Sequence record: NC_041972.1
Length of the DNA: 64,000 nucleotides
Reading direction: 5' to 3' (one strand)
The translations under genes and the position numbers were made by a program. Positions 26,501 through 37,593 of the stretch are shown in pieces (position 1 is the first letter of the stretch; each line of letters opens with the position of its first letter). Below the pieces are notes generated by a model, which saw only the letters and a list, made by a program, of their open reading frames with translations, ran no database searches and was not told the origin of the DNA.

Positions 26501-27967
26501 ATGTCTATTGATCTGATCGCTTCCTTTATCGACGATTCGGGCAATGTCCCGATGACGGCGCTGACCGTGGTAAAGAAAGAGAACGACGAGGCCAACGCAC
26601 AACTGCCGAAACAGGTAGCGATGCTGAAAGCCTCTAATGAACGTATCGTTGAACTTCAGTCTGTGATCGAACGCGTACGTCGTGAAGGCATGAGTCGTGA
26701 AGTTGCCGCGATCGTTGCCTCGATTGCACCCGAAGCGTTGCCGGTTGGCTACGGTGCTGAAGGTTTCACTGAGCAACCCTCAAAGCTTGGGATGGCTGCT
26801 GGTCTGGAATCGATCACCGCCTATGTGATTGATGGTATCAAACGTCTGATCGCGTTCCTGATTGATAAGGCCAAGAAAGCCGCTGCCTTTATTGTGGATC
26901 AGTATCGTCGACTGACGGGCATTGCTCCCACTGCGTACAAGATCGATCGTCGTGCTGCTTATCTTACGGCGATGTCTGCCCGGTTTGCTCAGCACTTCGG
27001 TACGGATCTGGCGACCCTGTTAGAGCAGGATATCAATGCTGGCTTTACCAGTATCGAAAGCACCCGCATGGTATTGAGCGGTATGTTTGCTGATGCGGAA
27101 GTACTGCAGGCGGATCTGTCTAAATATGGCAAGCACATCAATGTCATGTCCAAACAGATCGAAGCGTTACTGGCAGATGCGCCAGCACGTGTGGTGCGGG
27201 TCAATGCGATTGTTAATGATGTCACGGTATCGCGCAATGGCAGCAACGATCGCAGTGCAGAGATCCTGCGTCTGATCGACACCCGTAACCTCGATGCCCT
27301 GGTCAGTACCTTGCGCAGCGTCAGTAAGTTACTGGTCAGCAGCCCGATGTACAAATCCACTGGCACTGGTAAAGACGGCAAAATCAAACAGACTATCCTT
27401 GAGCAGTTAAACAGCGATGGTTTCCGTGAGATGATGTCCGGCCTTTCCATGGCTGCTAATGCTGGCATGACCCACACCATGGACATGACGGATGCCTCGG
27501 CGATCATTCGTTCACGTAATCTGGCTGAGGCTGTTAAAGAGCTCACCAATTACGAAGAAGTGAAGAAGCGTTCACTGGATGACCTCAAGTCTGCTACTGG
27601 TTCGATCAACAGCAACAAATATGTGCAGGCCGCTGAACAGTCACCGGGTGATGACCCGACCATGGCAGCTGTGGTGCAGTTTAACCAATACTGGGATGAT
27701 GTCACGACCGCCGTAAAAGTGGCACAGGACATCACCACCGCCTACGCGGAGACGGTATTCAAACTGCAGCTGTTCTCGGTGCGTTGTCAGGATCTGGCGC
27801 TGGTACAGTGGTCCGCTAACCCAGCCAATGCCGGTCTGGCAGAAGCCAATGCCGCGACTGAACGTCTGCAAGCGGTGGTCAAGCAGTATCTGGATAAGGT
27901 CGTGAAGAACACCACGGGCTTGAAAGGTGCGCTGGATGACCTCGGCAAACTGGTCAATCAACTGTAA
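26501..27967 (+). CDS. Inner-head protein with cleavable propeptide
   Basis: YGAE|G and AGLE|S sites followed by amphipathic IKRLIAFLI. Confidence 0.75.
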   Translation: MSIDLIASFIDDSGNVPMTALTVVKKENDEANAQLPKQVAMLKASNERIVELQSVIERVRREGMSREVAAIVASIAPEALPVGYGAEGFTEQPSKLGMAAGLESITAYVIDGIKRLIAFLIDKAKKAAAFIVDQYRRLTGIAPTAYKIDRRAAYLTAMSARFAQHFGTDLATLLEQDINAGFTSIESTRMVLSGMFADAEVLQADLSKYGKHINVMSKQIEALLADAPARVVRVNAIVNDVTVSRNGSNDRSAEILRLIDTRNLDALVSTLRSVSKLLVSSPMYKSTGTGKDGKIKQTILEQLNSDGFREMMSGLSMAANAGMTHTMDMTDASAIIRSRNLAEAVKELTNYEEVKKRSLDDLKSATGSINSNKYVQAAEQSPGDDPTMAAVVQFNQYWDDVTTAVKVAQDITTAYAETVFKLQLFSVRCQDLALVQWSANPANAGLAEANAATERLQAVVKQYLDKVVKNTTGLKGALDDLGKLVNQL

Positions 27968-27976
27968 GGAAATCGC

Positions 27977-29233
27977 ATGGAATCCACATTACTTCAAACG
28001 ATCAATGAAACCACGGAGTTGTGTGACTCTTTGATTTCGTTGTCACAACGTCTTGAGATGTTGGGTCCCATTGCTGCTGAGTCCGTTAACTTCGCAAAGA
28101 TCCACGAATCGATTAACCTGAAGGTGGCGAAGATTGCCGCTTCGATGGAGTCGATTGAAGCTAACGGCATCAACCAGGAGGCAGTGTTAGAAATCAATAC
28201 TGCCATGCCTGGTATCATTCCCAACACCATCCCTCTTAATGGATACACCAAAGCCCGCAGTCAGATGAATGTGGGGTTTGCCTTAGAGTCGTTGGAGTCA
28301 GGTAAAGCAGCAATGATCTCCGGTTCAGTAACAGGGATCGTGGCCGTGATCGTTAAACTGTTTCGTTGGGTTGTCATGACCATCAAGCAGTATGTCAAAT
28401 CACGCCGTGATGCGAACCGTCTCGGTGTCTCTGTGACACAAGCGCTGCAACGTGCGGGGACGATCAACGAATACCTGTTAGAGCAGTTGGCGAAAACCCC
28501 TGAAGCCAAAGCCGCTCGTCCGGGCTTTGAATGGCTGGTATCGATCTGGCGTCCGCAGGCTGGGATCTTTAAGTTCAATGAAGATGCACTGGTACAGTGG
28601 TGGCCAGAACTCGTCAATGAACTGGAGTACGAATACAACCAGATCAGCAAGGCGTTTGAAACACTGCGTAGCGGTGGGTCGTTTGTCCCGAACATTGCGA
28701 AAGCGCACCAGTCTCCCTCCATGAAGCGTTTCTTTGAAGCCTTACCGCAAGGGACGGATCGTCAAGGGAATATCGTTGAGGTAGAGCTGGCGAAGAAGCA
28801 ATTTCAGGAGAACCCACAGCGTGCGTTGTTCCAGCTGGCTGAACGTCTGCGCTACATGATCATGCGCGAGCCTAAATCAAAAGGTACTGACTTTGGACAA
28901 GAGCTGATTTCAGTAGGTCGCAGTATTGAAGCCTACACCAATGTGGATCGTCTGGTGTTTGATCAGCTGAATACCTACGACACCAACAACCGATTAGGGA
29001 AACTGGAAGAGGCGTTTGGTGCGTTGTATAAGCAAGTCCAAGCCACACGCTACACTGCAGACAAAGCCCTGGTTGATGAGTTCGTGGGTTACCTGAACCG
29101 TTATTCAGAAAAGCTTAACTGTTTCGTGCAACTGATCACCATTGTGAGTTACCTGGATAGCTGTAGTTTCCAGATCCTTGACAATGTATCCAAAGCCACC
29201 ATGAAGTACGTTGATATTGCTGCCAGTAATTAA
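27977..29233 (+). CDS. Inner-head protein with cleavable propeptide
   Basis: AAE|S, SME|S and ALE|S sites; same propeptide layout as the upstream gene. Confidence 0.75.
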   Translation: MESTLLQTINETTELCDSLISLSQRLEMLGPIAAESVNFAKIHESINLKVAKIAASMESIEANGINQEAVLEINTAMPGIIPNTIPLNGYTKARSQMNVGFALESLESGKAAMISGSVTGIVAVIVKLFRWVVMTIKQYVKSRRDANRLGVSVTQALQRAGTINEYLLEQLAKTPEAKAARPGFEWLVSIWRPQAGIFKFNEDALVQWWPELVNELEYEYNQISKAFETLRSGGSFVPNIAKAHQSPSMKRFFEALPQGTDRQGNIVEVELAKKQFQENPQRALFQLAERLRYMIMREPKSKGTDFGQELISVGRSIEAYTNVDRLVFDQLNTYDTNNRLGKLEEAFGALYKQVQATRYTADKALVDEFVGYLNRYSEKLNCFVQLITIVSYLDSCSFQILDNVSKATMKYVDIAASN

Positions 29234-29235
29234 AT

Positions 29236-29287
29236 CGGCATAAAGGCCTGGCCCTCCGCAAGGAAGGCCAGAGCCTTGCTTATGCCG
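29236..29287. terminator. Bidirectional hairpin closed by CGGCATAA...TTATGCCG
   Basis: Perfect 8-bp inverted ends; lies between convergent genes. Confidence 0.8.
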
Positions 29288-32237
29288 TTAAGCTTGACTT
29301 CGCTGAGGTATGCTTCAGGAAGGTGATGGAGATGTCTTCTTTCACCGTTAAGGTTTCATCCGACGCCACATCTACCCGTTTCTTGATGGCACACCGCATG
29401 GTGTCATCTAATGCGGTCATGACTTTGATGTCACCGTTCACCCCGAGTGCTTTAAACTCGATGTCAACCACATCAGACGTTCGATACGGTTTCAGCGCAT
29501 CAACCAGATCTGTCAGACCAAAGGTCGCCCGGGCAATTACTGCGGCAATCGCCGGACTCACTTTCGCTGACAGGTTGTCACGCAACGAGGTGTTCTTGTA
29601 ACCGTTGTCGGTCATGTAGAAGGTTACGTCAAAACCAATCGCGGCGGAGATCTGACGAGACTCTCGTGCATTGGCAATCACATCGATCAAGCCCAGGGTT
29701 TGTTTCGGTCGTAACGACACCGTGGTCTTCTCAAGCAACTGCCGCTTCACCGTGACCATATCTTGCGTCACCCAGTCAACCAGATCAGAGATCACATCAG
29801 TGATGTATGTCTTATCCAGCGGGTTACCGGTAAAGTAGTAGACACCGTCCAGACCCACCACATCGATCTCACGCACCACCACACGTTCATTAAGCGGGAT
29901 AGGGTTACCTTGCTCATCCGACTTAATGTCACCCACCCGATAACGATAGATGATGTTGTTATCAGCGTCATACATGATGTCGCCTTTGGCATGCAGGATG
30001 ATCGGTTGGTTGTTGCTGTCAAACACCAATTGGTTAGTGATCGCATCACGCTGATACACCGTCTCTGCATAACGCCATGGTACATCGACATCGTACTTCT
30101 GATACTCGATGTCAGACACCACTGAACGCGAACGCTGATACAGATAGGTCAGGGCTTTACCCATCACCACATCGTAGGACTGCTCCGTCACCACCACGAA
30201 CTGCTGATCCAGGTAGAAACTCCCCAGCTTCTTATCGCTGTCGCTGTACACCACATCGTTCGGTGATTTGGCCACGGCAATACAGTTCAGCAGGATGAAG
30301 TTCTTTTCCAGTACCGAGCGCAACTTAGACGGCGCATTACCAAACTGACCAAAGGAGGTCAGGATGATCTCGTCCTCGTTGGTGATGTCGAGATTACTGT
30401 CAATGTCAAACTGCCAGACACGTTCGCGGGTTGCTGTCCGACCGATCATCACGCCATTGAGGTAGCCGTAGTTGCTTTCCCCTTCTGGTATGAACAGTAA
30501 CTGACACGCCACATCGCTGTCTGCCAGGTCTTTGTAGTAATCACCTGAACTTGTCACCACGGTTGCTCTAAAGCCATTGGTGGTTTTGGTAAAGGTAAAA
30601 CTGTCCGCCACAAGTTCAACACCGATGGAGTTGTTCTCATAGCTGAATACCCGACCTGCTACAGAAGGACGATCCAGATCATAGACCCGAGTGGTAAACG
30701 CATCGTTATTCGCATCCAACACCATGTAGAAAGGTGAGAACATGAACACGTTGTTGTTGACCGTCAAGGCACGACTGTCTAATCCCGCACCGTTGATCGT
30801 AGCCAGCTCCGCATCGGATACCATGTTGTAGATGCCGTTGACCAACCGGTATAAGGCGGTCGGGGTGATAGTGATGCGATTGCCGTTATCACGCACTGCG
30901 GTATTACTGACCAACTGCAACATCGATGACTGCAGGGTAATGATCCCGGTACCGGCCGGCGTGTTGATACCAGACTTGTTGGTCTGCGGATTCAGCGACC
31001 GGGTCGCATGGTAAATACGTTGCGTCACTGTGTCTTCTGATTTCAATGCCCCGTAGCCTAAATCGACCAGGGTTTGTGAGACCTGCGCTTCAGTAATCGG
31101 TAAGACCGTTTTGTTGGCCGAATAGATCACCGCTTCACGCAACGCTTCAACACTGAGACCGTTCACCCCACCGCTGACACCGCTGCTGATCGACATGGTC
31201 TTTTCATTAAAGACGGTCAATGGGGTAGAGTACTTATCCAACACCCGATCTTCGTAATTGAAGTCACGGTAGACCGCACTGATCGAAGAAGACTGCAGCG
31301 CCAGGGTTTCGATAACCAGGTTACCTTTACTGGTGTAGACATCTGCCCGCACCTGACGACCTACTGCCAGATTGTTGGAGATGTAGATTTCCGGTAACAC
31401 AACCTTCACTGAGTCTTCTAACACCTGGGCGACGAAGGTCAGCTTGGTGTTGTCATAGACCAGGTCATCATGGGTGACGTACGCCTCTTCCCACTCATCG
31501 GTCACATTCGCCCGCGTAAAGACGCGCAGGTAATAGAACTGATCACCTTTTAATGGATAGGTATTGCGATACCCACTCATGCTGGTAATCTGACCGTAAT
31601 AAGGCTGGGCTTTGAACTGACGTAAAGGTACCGTGATGTAGAGCAGTTCAACCCCGTTGAAGATCGCAGTCCGCCAGGTTAACTGGTTGGTTTCAACCGT
31701 CAGGAGTGGGCTGGGTTGCGACACATCGTACACCACCACAAAGCCGCCATGTTTCATCACTCGGATTTCAATCGGATACTCCAGACTGAAGGTGACATCC
31801 ATCACTGTGATTTCCGTGTTGCGTGGAATCACCATCTTCGAGTAGATGCTGTCGATGTCATCGCTGCCACTGCTGTCGAGTTGCACTGCTCGTGCCCGAA
31901 TCTCATCGGCATTGAAAATGAAGTTGGTGGTGATACGCGACGGAGTACAGAAACGGTTCTTGTAATCCTCATCACTCATGTTGCGATACAGATCTTCATA
32001 CGTCCGCGCCATCTTCGGGTAGTACGCCGTATAAAGGTCTTCATGGTTTTGCATCACTGCTGAACCGGTCAGGGCAACCAGCTCAAAAGCAAACATCGCA
32101 GGGTTGGTGGCATTCATGATATCAATCGTGCCGTCCATGTTTTGGTCTAACAGATCGAGTGTGTAGTCCATCATCAACGATGGATCATTACGCAGGTCGA
32201 TCATTTTCTGTTTACGTACGTCGATGCTGTCGCTCAT
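29280..32237 (-). CDS. Large virion protein, probable baseplate wedge (phiKZ gp87-like)
   Basis: 985 aa; GGVNGLSVEALRE..ITEAQ resembles baseplate J/T4 gp6 region; syntenic position. Confidence 0.6.
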   Translation of the reverse strand: MSDSIDVRKQKMIDLRNDPSLMMDYTLDLLDQNMDGTIDIMNATNPAMFAFELVALTGSAVMQNHEDLYTAYYPKMARTYEDLYRNMSDEDYKNRFCTPSRITTNFIFNADEIRARAVQLDSSGSDDIDSIYSKMVIPRNTEITVMDVTFSLEYPIEIRVMKHGGFVVVYDVSQPSPLLTVETNQLTWRTAIFNGVELLYITVPLRQFKAQPYYGQITSMSGYRNTYPLKGDQFYYLRVFTRANVTDEWEEAYVTHDDLVYDNTKLTFVAQVLEDSVKVVLPEIYISNNLAVGRQVRADVYTSKGNLVIETLALQSSSISAVYRDFNYEDRVLDKYSTPLTVFNEKTMSISSGVSGGVNGLSVEALREAVIYSANKTVLPITEAQVSQTLVDLGYGALKSEDTVTQRIYHATRSLNPQTNKSGINTPAGTGIITLQSSMLQLVSNTAVRDNGNRITITPTALYRLVNGIYNMVSDAELATINGAGLDSRALTVNNNVFMFSPFYMVLDANNDAFTTRVYDLDRPSVAGRVFSYENNSIGVELVADSFTFTKTTNGFRATVVTSSGDYYKDLADSDVACQLLFIPEGESNYGYLNGVMIGRTATRERVWQFDIDSNLDITNEDEIILTSFGQFGNAPSKLRSVLEKNFILLNCIAVAKSPNDVVYSDSDKKLGSFYLDQQFVVVTEQSYDVVMGKALTYLYQRSRSVVSDIEYQKYDVDVPWRYAETVYQRDAITNQLVFDSNNQPIILHAKGDIMYDADNNIIYRYRVGDIKSDEQGNPIPLNERVVVREIDVVGLDGVYYFTGNPLDKTYITDVISDLVDWVTQDMVTVKRQLLEKTTVSLRPKQTLGLIDVIANARESRQISAAIGFDVTFYMTDNGYKNTSLRDNLSAKVSPAIAAVIARATFGLTDLVDALKPYRTSDVVDIEFKALGVNGDIKVMTALDDTMRCAIKKRVDVASDETLTVKEDISITFLKHTSAKSSLTA

Positions 32238-32246
32238 CGTAGCCTC

Positions 32247-33272
32247 TTATTTTTGATCCTTCGGAACCCACCACTGGAATTCGTTCGTCATCACGTCGAT
32301 ATAAGGATAACCAATAAAGTTGTAGCGCTGCATTTCACCCGGGGAGATTTTGCGGAAGAACGTGTTACGGTTCGCGGCTTTCATCTGCGGGTTAAATAAC
32401 TCGACACAACTGTTGAAATCCAGGATCAGGGATTGCGTGTTATAGCGCCAGCCCACACACTGCCAGTTACAACTGATTTGGTTATTGTTCTTGATCAGTG
32501 GGGTGTCTTTGGTGGTGCCAAAGTCAAACGCATTACCAATCGGGTTGGTGGTACAGATTGCTGCGTAGGGTGCACCGATCTTCGTCACATAGCGTGAAGT
32601 CTGATCCAGGATGATGCGATAGAAGCGCATGGTGTAATCAATATAGTTGTTAACAATGGCGTCCCAATAGGGAACCATGTCGCCAAGGTATACCGATGAG
32701 CTGTACGTTTGCAGCAGATCCAGGATCATGGTGATCGGGTCACCTGAGATGTTGGTGTGCGTTGATGTCACCTGATAGGCTTCATTAAACTCCGACTGAC
32801 CATCAACCATCGACCAGGTTTCTTTACGTGAGCCTGGTGGTGCAGTAAAGGTATCAATCACGATATCGGGAAAACCGGTCATCGATTCCAGGGTGTTTGA
32901 TAAAATGGACACGAAGGCCTGTTGGTTATCAAACAGTCTGGAGTAGCTTTTTCGATCAATTGTACCGGTCGCATCAAACATCGAACGGATCGCACCTGGG
33001 ATCGTATCAGCGTTGTTTGAAGCAAGCGAAAGCAGCTTTTCTTGTCGATTCAGATTATCGTATGACAGGTTAAGGATTGGGCGTGTGAAAAAGGTATACC
33101 CCATGACGTCTTTGTTGATGGGTAGAAAGGCGCTACGGTTACTGAATTTGTTCAAACCCCAATAGTTATGCGCAAGCGATGAGGTTACACTACCATACCC
33201 GGACTCCCTTGCAGCCGAGTCAATACTCTCGGTCCACAACCCAGGATTGTAGTCGTCATTGTCATTGGCCAT
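32247..33272 (-). CDS. Virion protein, probable baseplate tube-like protein (phiKZ gp88-like)
   Basis: YTFFTRPILNLSYDN motif; beta-rich C-terminal half; synteny. Confidence 0.55.
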   Translation of the reverse strand: MANDNDDYNPGLWTESIDSAARESGYGSVTSSLAHNYWGLNKFSNRSAFLPINKDVMGYTFFTRPILNLSYDNLNRQEKLLSLASNNADTIPGAIRSMFDATGTIDRKSYSRLFDNQQAFVSILSNTLESMTGFPDIVIDTFTAPPGSRKETWSMVDGQSEFNEAYQVTSTHTNISGDPITMILDLLQTYSSSVYLGDMVPYWDAIVNNYIDYTMRFYRIILDQTSRYVTKIGAPYAAICTTNPIGNAFDFGTTKDTPLIKNNNQISCNWQCVGWRYNTQSLILDFNSCVELFNPQMKAANRNTFFRKISPGEMQRYNFIGYPYIDVMTNEFQWWVPKDQK

Positions 33273-33325
33273 TACTCATCACCTCTTTGAAATAGAATAT
33301 CCGTTGAATCCATAGGAGTACTTTT

Positions 33326-34492
33326 ATGTTACCATTAGTTACGGGGGCGATTACACTGGCCAGTTCGCTTGCGCTTGTCGCCGAACGTATTCTGGCAGCC
33401 AAGAAAGCTGCTGGTGAAGTCGCTGGTACTGTTGACAATACGTTGGCCACGTTAGGCCAGATGGGCACACGTGATTTGGTAACCTTTACCAAAGTGACCC
33501 GCATGGAACCTCTGGTGTTGTTAGATGATCGTTTGAAGTTTGATCCTTCGACCCCGGAGATCCTGCAAGTACTGACCAGTTTGATTGCCGGCTACTATAC
33601 CCAGGCGTTTGCCCTGCTGGGCCAGGTCGACGGTATTGACGTCATTGGCACCCTGGATAAGCTGAACCCGTCACGTACTGGTATTGGCCTGAACAACTTT
33701 GAAGGTGATCTTGAGAAAGACGGCCTCCATAAATTTAGTAACCAGTCAAATACCCCTCTCTATAGTATCGGGCTGGAAGCACTGACTGAAGTGCAGAGCG
33801 CCGAGAACAAGCCGGTTAAAATCCAGACCGATAAAAATGTCGTGGCTGATATTTCGGCACCGACTAACCTGGCGCTGGGTAAGATGATCAAGGTGACCTT
33901 GTCAGCTAATGGCAACACCATCGAGATCCCAATCACCATCCGTGTGAAACCTGTCACCACCGGTAGCGATGCCGTTACAGCGATCCTGGCCATCGGTACC
34001 ACGAAGAACACCGTGGCTGAGCGCTGGAACCGTTTCAAAGCTGGTGAGCTGACCTTCACTAACCTGGCCACTGGCGATGACGTGATTCGTCAACACAAGA
34101 AGATCCTGGTGCAGGATACCTCTGGCTTCTATGCCGAGATCACCCGCCGTGCCCGTGGTAATGCGAAGAAAGGTGCCCTGTCCGGTAACCTGTCGCTGGC
34201 TACGGATTCTAACGTGGTAATGATCTCTTCAGCCACGGCGCTGGATGTGGGTCGTGAGCTTGGTGGTGAGCTGTCCAACTTCCGTATCCGTGAAGCGATG
34301 TTCGCCAAGGTGTACTCTAACATGCTGATCATCGTGGATGACCTGCGTGGCATGGTCTCCTTCTACTACCGCGGTGAGTCATTGCCAAACGTGCTGTCGC
34401 TGCAGGATATCAAACTGTATAACAAAGGCAGCGGTCCAGACATCATGTCGATCTTCAGTGCGTTTGCTGAAAACAAAATCCCTTCCCTTTAA
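33326..34492 (+). CDS. Abundant head protein (phiKZ gp89-like)
   Basis: 388 aa; AGGAG RBS; internal IGLE|A site; synteny. Confidence 0.7.
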   Translation: MLPLVTGAITLASSLALVAERILAAKKAAGEVAGTVDNTLATLGQMGTRDLVTFTKVTRMEPLVLLDDRLKFDPSTPEILQVLTSLIAGYYTQAFALLGQVDGIDVIGTLDKLNPSRTGIGLNNFEGDLEKDGLHKFSNQSNTPLYSIGLEALTEVQSAENKPVKIQTDKNVVADISAPTNLALGKMIKVTLSANGNTIEIPITIRVKPVTTGSDAVTAILAIGTTKNTVAERWNRFKAGELTFTNLATGDDVIRQHKKILVQDTSGFYAEITRRARGNAKKGALSGNLSLATDSNVVMISSATALDVGRELGGELSNFRIREAMFAKVYSNMLIIVDDLRGMVSFYYRGESLPNVLSLQDIKLYNKGSGPDIMSIFSAFAENKIPSL

Positions 34493-34504
34493 GGATCTCG
34501 TTCG

Positions 34505-35398
34505 ATGAACATTTTTAACTACGTCAAAGGCCTGATTGGTACGGTTGACAAACGCGATGTCCTAAGCGAGATCGATGCCCTGCGTGATGAGCTCACCCGG
34601 TTCACCATTAACAACTATGCGAAAGCCATGGATGTTAATGTCAACACCGACGGCAGTAATTACTACGTAAAACAGATCAGCCGTGAATTCGCGAAAGTGA
34701 AACAGGTTGAAGGTTTACGTGGTCAGAACCTGATCGCTCAAACGTACATCTCCTTAAAGCAGCTGACCCTGACCCTGGAGTGGATGCGCAAACAGGTTGA
34801 GCGTGAGTACGGCGGTCGTATTGCCCGCGAAGCCGTTGACTTTAAACAAGCCAACTTCCTGCGCTATATCGACTCGATCGACTTCTACCTGCGTTACGCT
34901 CGCTCCATGCTGCTCGTGGTGACGTCCCTGAATGCTAACCCATCAGCGGATATCACCAAAGGCTTCACGGTGCATGAGATCCGTTTCCTGACCGATACTG
35001 CTGTGCACTTCATCTACCTGACCTCGCTGTTCTCACAGCCGGTGAGCGTGACTGAGAAAGTGTTCGATGCGGTGCCATCGGTTGTGGTCTCCGATGCGGA
35101 TCAGCAAGCGATCGAAGCAGTACTGGGTAACAAGACCGATGTGGCGAGGTCTAACTTCATCCCACTGGGTTACAACCCGTTCTTCCTGATTGGTCGTCTG
35201 CGTGCTGAACGTCGTGTGAAACGCCTGCGGGCAGCTGAAGCGGCAGCCATTGCCACTGAGCTGACCTTGAGCAAGCTCATGGACAAACAAGCAGGCGGGT
35301 CAGAAGACCCCACCATTCAGAAACAAATTGATCATTATCAGAATCAGTTGAACCGACTGAACTTTGAGATCGATCAGATCAAATCCGAAGTCGAGTAA
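34505..35398 (+). CDS. Head protein (phiKZ gp90-like)
   Basis: 297 aa with C-terminal coiled coil; AAGGA RBS. Confidence 0.7.
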   Translation: MNIFNYVKGLIGTVDKRDVLSEIDALRDELTRFTINNYAKAMDVNVNTDGSNYYVKQISREFAKVKQVEGLRGQNLIAQTYISLKQLTLTLEWMRKQVEREYGGRIAREAVDFKQANFLRYIDSIDFYLRYARSMLLVVTSLNANPSADITKGFTVHEIRFLTDTAVHFIYLTSLFSQPVSVTEKVFDAVPSVVVSDADQQAIEAVLGNKTDVARSNFIPLGYNPFFLIGRLRAERRVKRLRAAEAAAIATELTLSKLMDKQAGGSEDPTIQKQIDHYQNQLNRLNFEIDQIKSEVE

Positions 35399-35408
35399 GG
35401 AGTCCGTC

Positions 35409-35948
35409 ATGGCAGATCGTGTTAGTACCGGTGCAGAGATTATCTACGGCACCGGCTTTACCTCCCATGGCGGTCCAGGACAGCAAGGTGTAAAGATCAA
35501 CGTCGACAACAACGTCATTGATCTTTACCAGCGTTTGGCAGGCAACATCACGCTCGCCGGTAACTTTAACTTCCGAAAAGAAGTGTGTGTTACTGCTGCA
35601 CGACTGTTACTGCCATTGCCAAACTGGCTCCTGGCCACCCGTAGCAATTACCTGCACTCCAAACACGCGCTGCTGTTCGCCCGTGACCTGGGGTTGATTG
35701 CAATGGGTAAGAGTCCGGACATGAGTGTGATGACGCGCATGCGTCTGTTTTCACCCAGTTCTGTGAAGTCCAACCCGGGTGAGCTGAATGCGTCGAATTA
35801 CGATGCACTCTCGTTGATCCCTAATAAGTTCATTGATGAGCTGCGTACCTATTCCAACGGTACACAGCTGGCTAACCTGACCCGCGACGCACAGCATGTG
35901 AAAGACCTGGTCACGTCATTATATGTCATGTTTGGTTCTGTTGAATAA
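35409..35948 (+). CDS. Virion protein (179 aa)
   Basis: AAGGAG RBS before ATG 35409. Confidence 0.7.
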   Translation: MADRVSTGAEIIYGTGFTSHGGPGQQGVKINVDNNVIDLYQRLAGNITLAGNFNFRKEVCVTAARLLLPLPNWLLATRSNYLHSKHALLFARDLGLIAMGKSPDMSVMTRMRLFSPSSVKSNPGELNASNYDALSLIPNKFIDELRTYSNGTQLANLTRDAQHVKDLVTSLYVMFGSVE

Positions 35949-35985
35949 CAGGCCTCAAAATCGGAATGTAGAGGATACGTAAAAA

Positions 35986-37575
35986 ATGAGTAAAGCATAC
36001 CTCCATACCCTGCTGACTGCAGGTAATGAAGCGTTTGATGCAGCCGGCGAACCAGTGGGTGTGACTGTGGTTGATGCCCCGATCGAAGTGCCTGTTGTTG
36101 CAGACCCAGCAGTTGAGCCAGAAGCCCCAGCGGTAACTGACGCGCCGGTGGTTACGCAGGACCCGGTTGAGCCTGATCCAGAACCAGCAGCGGTCGTCGT
36201 TGCCATCAACGAAGATGAGAAAGAGCTGGTCATTGCGTCTACTGAAGCGGCTGCGGCCGAAGTGGTTGTGATCGAATCTGATTGCGCGCTGGAAGAAGTC
36301 GAAGACCTGCTCGACGACCAGATCCAGGTTGTAGCGGAAACTGAAAACATCGTCGCCTCTATGGAATCGTTCGTCGGTTCTGCGATGACCATGCAGGATG
36401 CGCAAGCCCTGCAGCAGTGGGTGCATAACGCCACCCGTGGTCAGTATGACCAAGCTAAAGTTGTCGGCTCTCTGGAAGCGTTCGGTAACGACGTCTCTAC
36501 CGATGATGCGCTGAACGCTGGCCTGGAAGGGATCGGTGAGTTCCTGAAAGCCGCCCGTAACAAAGCAGCTGATCTGCGTAAAGTCATGGTTGCGCGCTGG
36601 AACGCATTCTTCAAAGATGTGTTCGTGGGCTTTGATAAAGTCGCACGTCGTGCTGATGCGCTGGGTAAACTGGCGAAAGGTACTTCAGGCGAATCCAATT
36701 CCTCTACTATTCAGCTGCCGCTGGATACAGCCTGGCGTCTGGTGAAAGATGGTAAGGTTTCTCAGAACCTGCCGAAAGATCTGGGTGACCTGGGTAAATT
36801 TGCCAAGGCGGTCTTTAAAGACAACCCGGAAGCGCTGCTGGTTCATCGTAAGAAACTGGTTGACATCGCTGTTCGTCTGTCTACTGCTGACTATGACGAC
36901 GCGCTGAAGATCGGCAAAGAGCTGGTGAACTTCGAACTGCCAAGCGTTGGCGTGTGCAAAACCAAAGTGGTCAACAACTCCAACACGGTTGATGTGTATC
37001 GCTCTGATGAGTTCCTGGGTGCGCTGTCTATTTTCTATTGCAAACCTGTTGACAAAATCAATGCGCAGTTACCACTGCCGCGTCAGCTGTCTGACAAGTT
37101 CAACTCCATCATTGCGATCGATGTGAGCGTGTCTGAAACCGGTAAGAAAACACCGAAGCTGGATGTCTCTATTGATACCCTGCAGCCGGCTGAAATCGCC
37201 AAAGTGGCTGATGATGTTAACGCTATCCTGGGTGACATCCGTCAGTACCGCACCAACTACGGCGAGTGGTATGCGGCGAACAGCGATCTGGATCGTGTGA
37301 TCGGTATCCTGGCGAACGTACCGTGGTCTGGCGATGCTGGCACCACTACTGTCGACAGCACCACTGATGCCGAGGGTAATACCTCAACCATCGTGAACAT
37401 CATCGGTCTGAACCGTGACCTGGCGGATGTGATTGAAGGCATGCATGACATGTATAGCTACCTGTCTGTAAGCCCGATCCGTGTCCTGTCTGCTGAACTG
37501 CTGCCAATCCTGAACCGTGCACTGGAAGTGGGTGAACGTTCTCTGGCAACCTACAGCGACAACAACCTGGCGTAA
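35986..37575 (+). CDS. Inner-head/ejection protein, gp93-97-like paralog 1
   Basis: Acidic P/V/A/E propeptide with AGNE|A, SME|S, SLE|A and GLE|G sites. Confidence 0.8.
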   Translation: MSKAYLHTLLTAGNEAFDAAGEPVGVTVVDAPIEVPVVADPAVEPEAPAVTDAPVVTQDPVEPDPEPAAVVVAINEDEKELVIASTEAAAAEVVVIESDCALEEVEDLLDDQIQVVAETENIVASMESFVGSAMTMQDAQALQQWVHNATRGQYDQAKVVGSLEAFGNDVSTDDALNAGLEGIGEFLKAARNKAADLRKVMVARWNAFFKDVFVGFDKVARRADALGKLAKGTSGESNSSTIQLPLDTAWRLVKDGKVSQNLPKDLGDLGKFAKAVFKDNPEALLVHRKKLVDIAVRLSTADYDDALKIGKELVNFELPSVGVCKTKVVNNSNTVDVYRSDEFLGALSIFYCKPVDKINAQLPLPRQLSDKFNSIIAIDVSVSETGKKTPKLDVSIDTLQPAEIAKVADDVNAILGDIRQYRTNYGEWYAANSDLDRVIGILANVPWSGDAGTTTVDSTTDAEGNTSTIVNIIGLNRDLADVIEGMHDMYSYLSVSPIRVLSAELLPILNRALEVGERSLATYSDNNLA

Positions 37576-37593
37576 CCGTCATAAGGCAAAGAG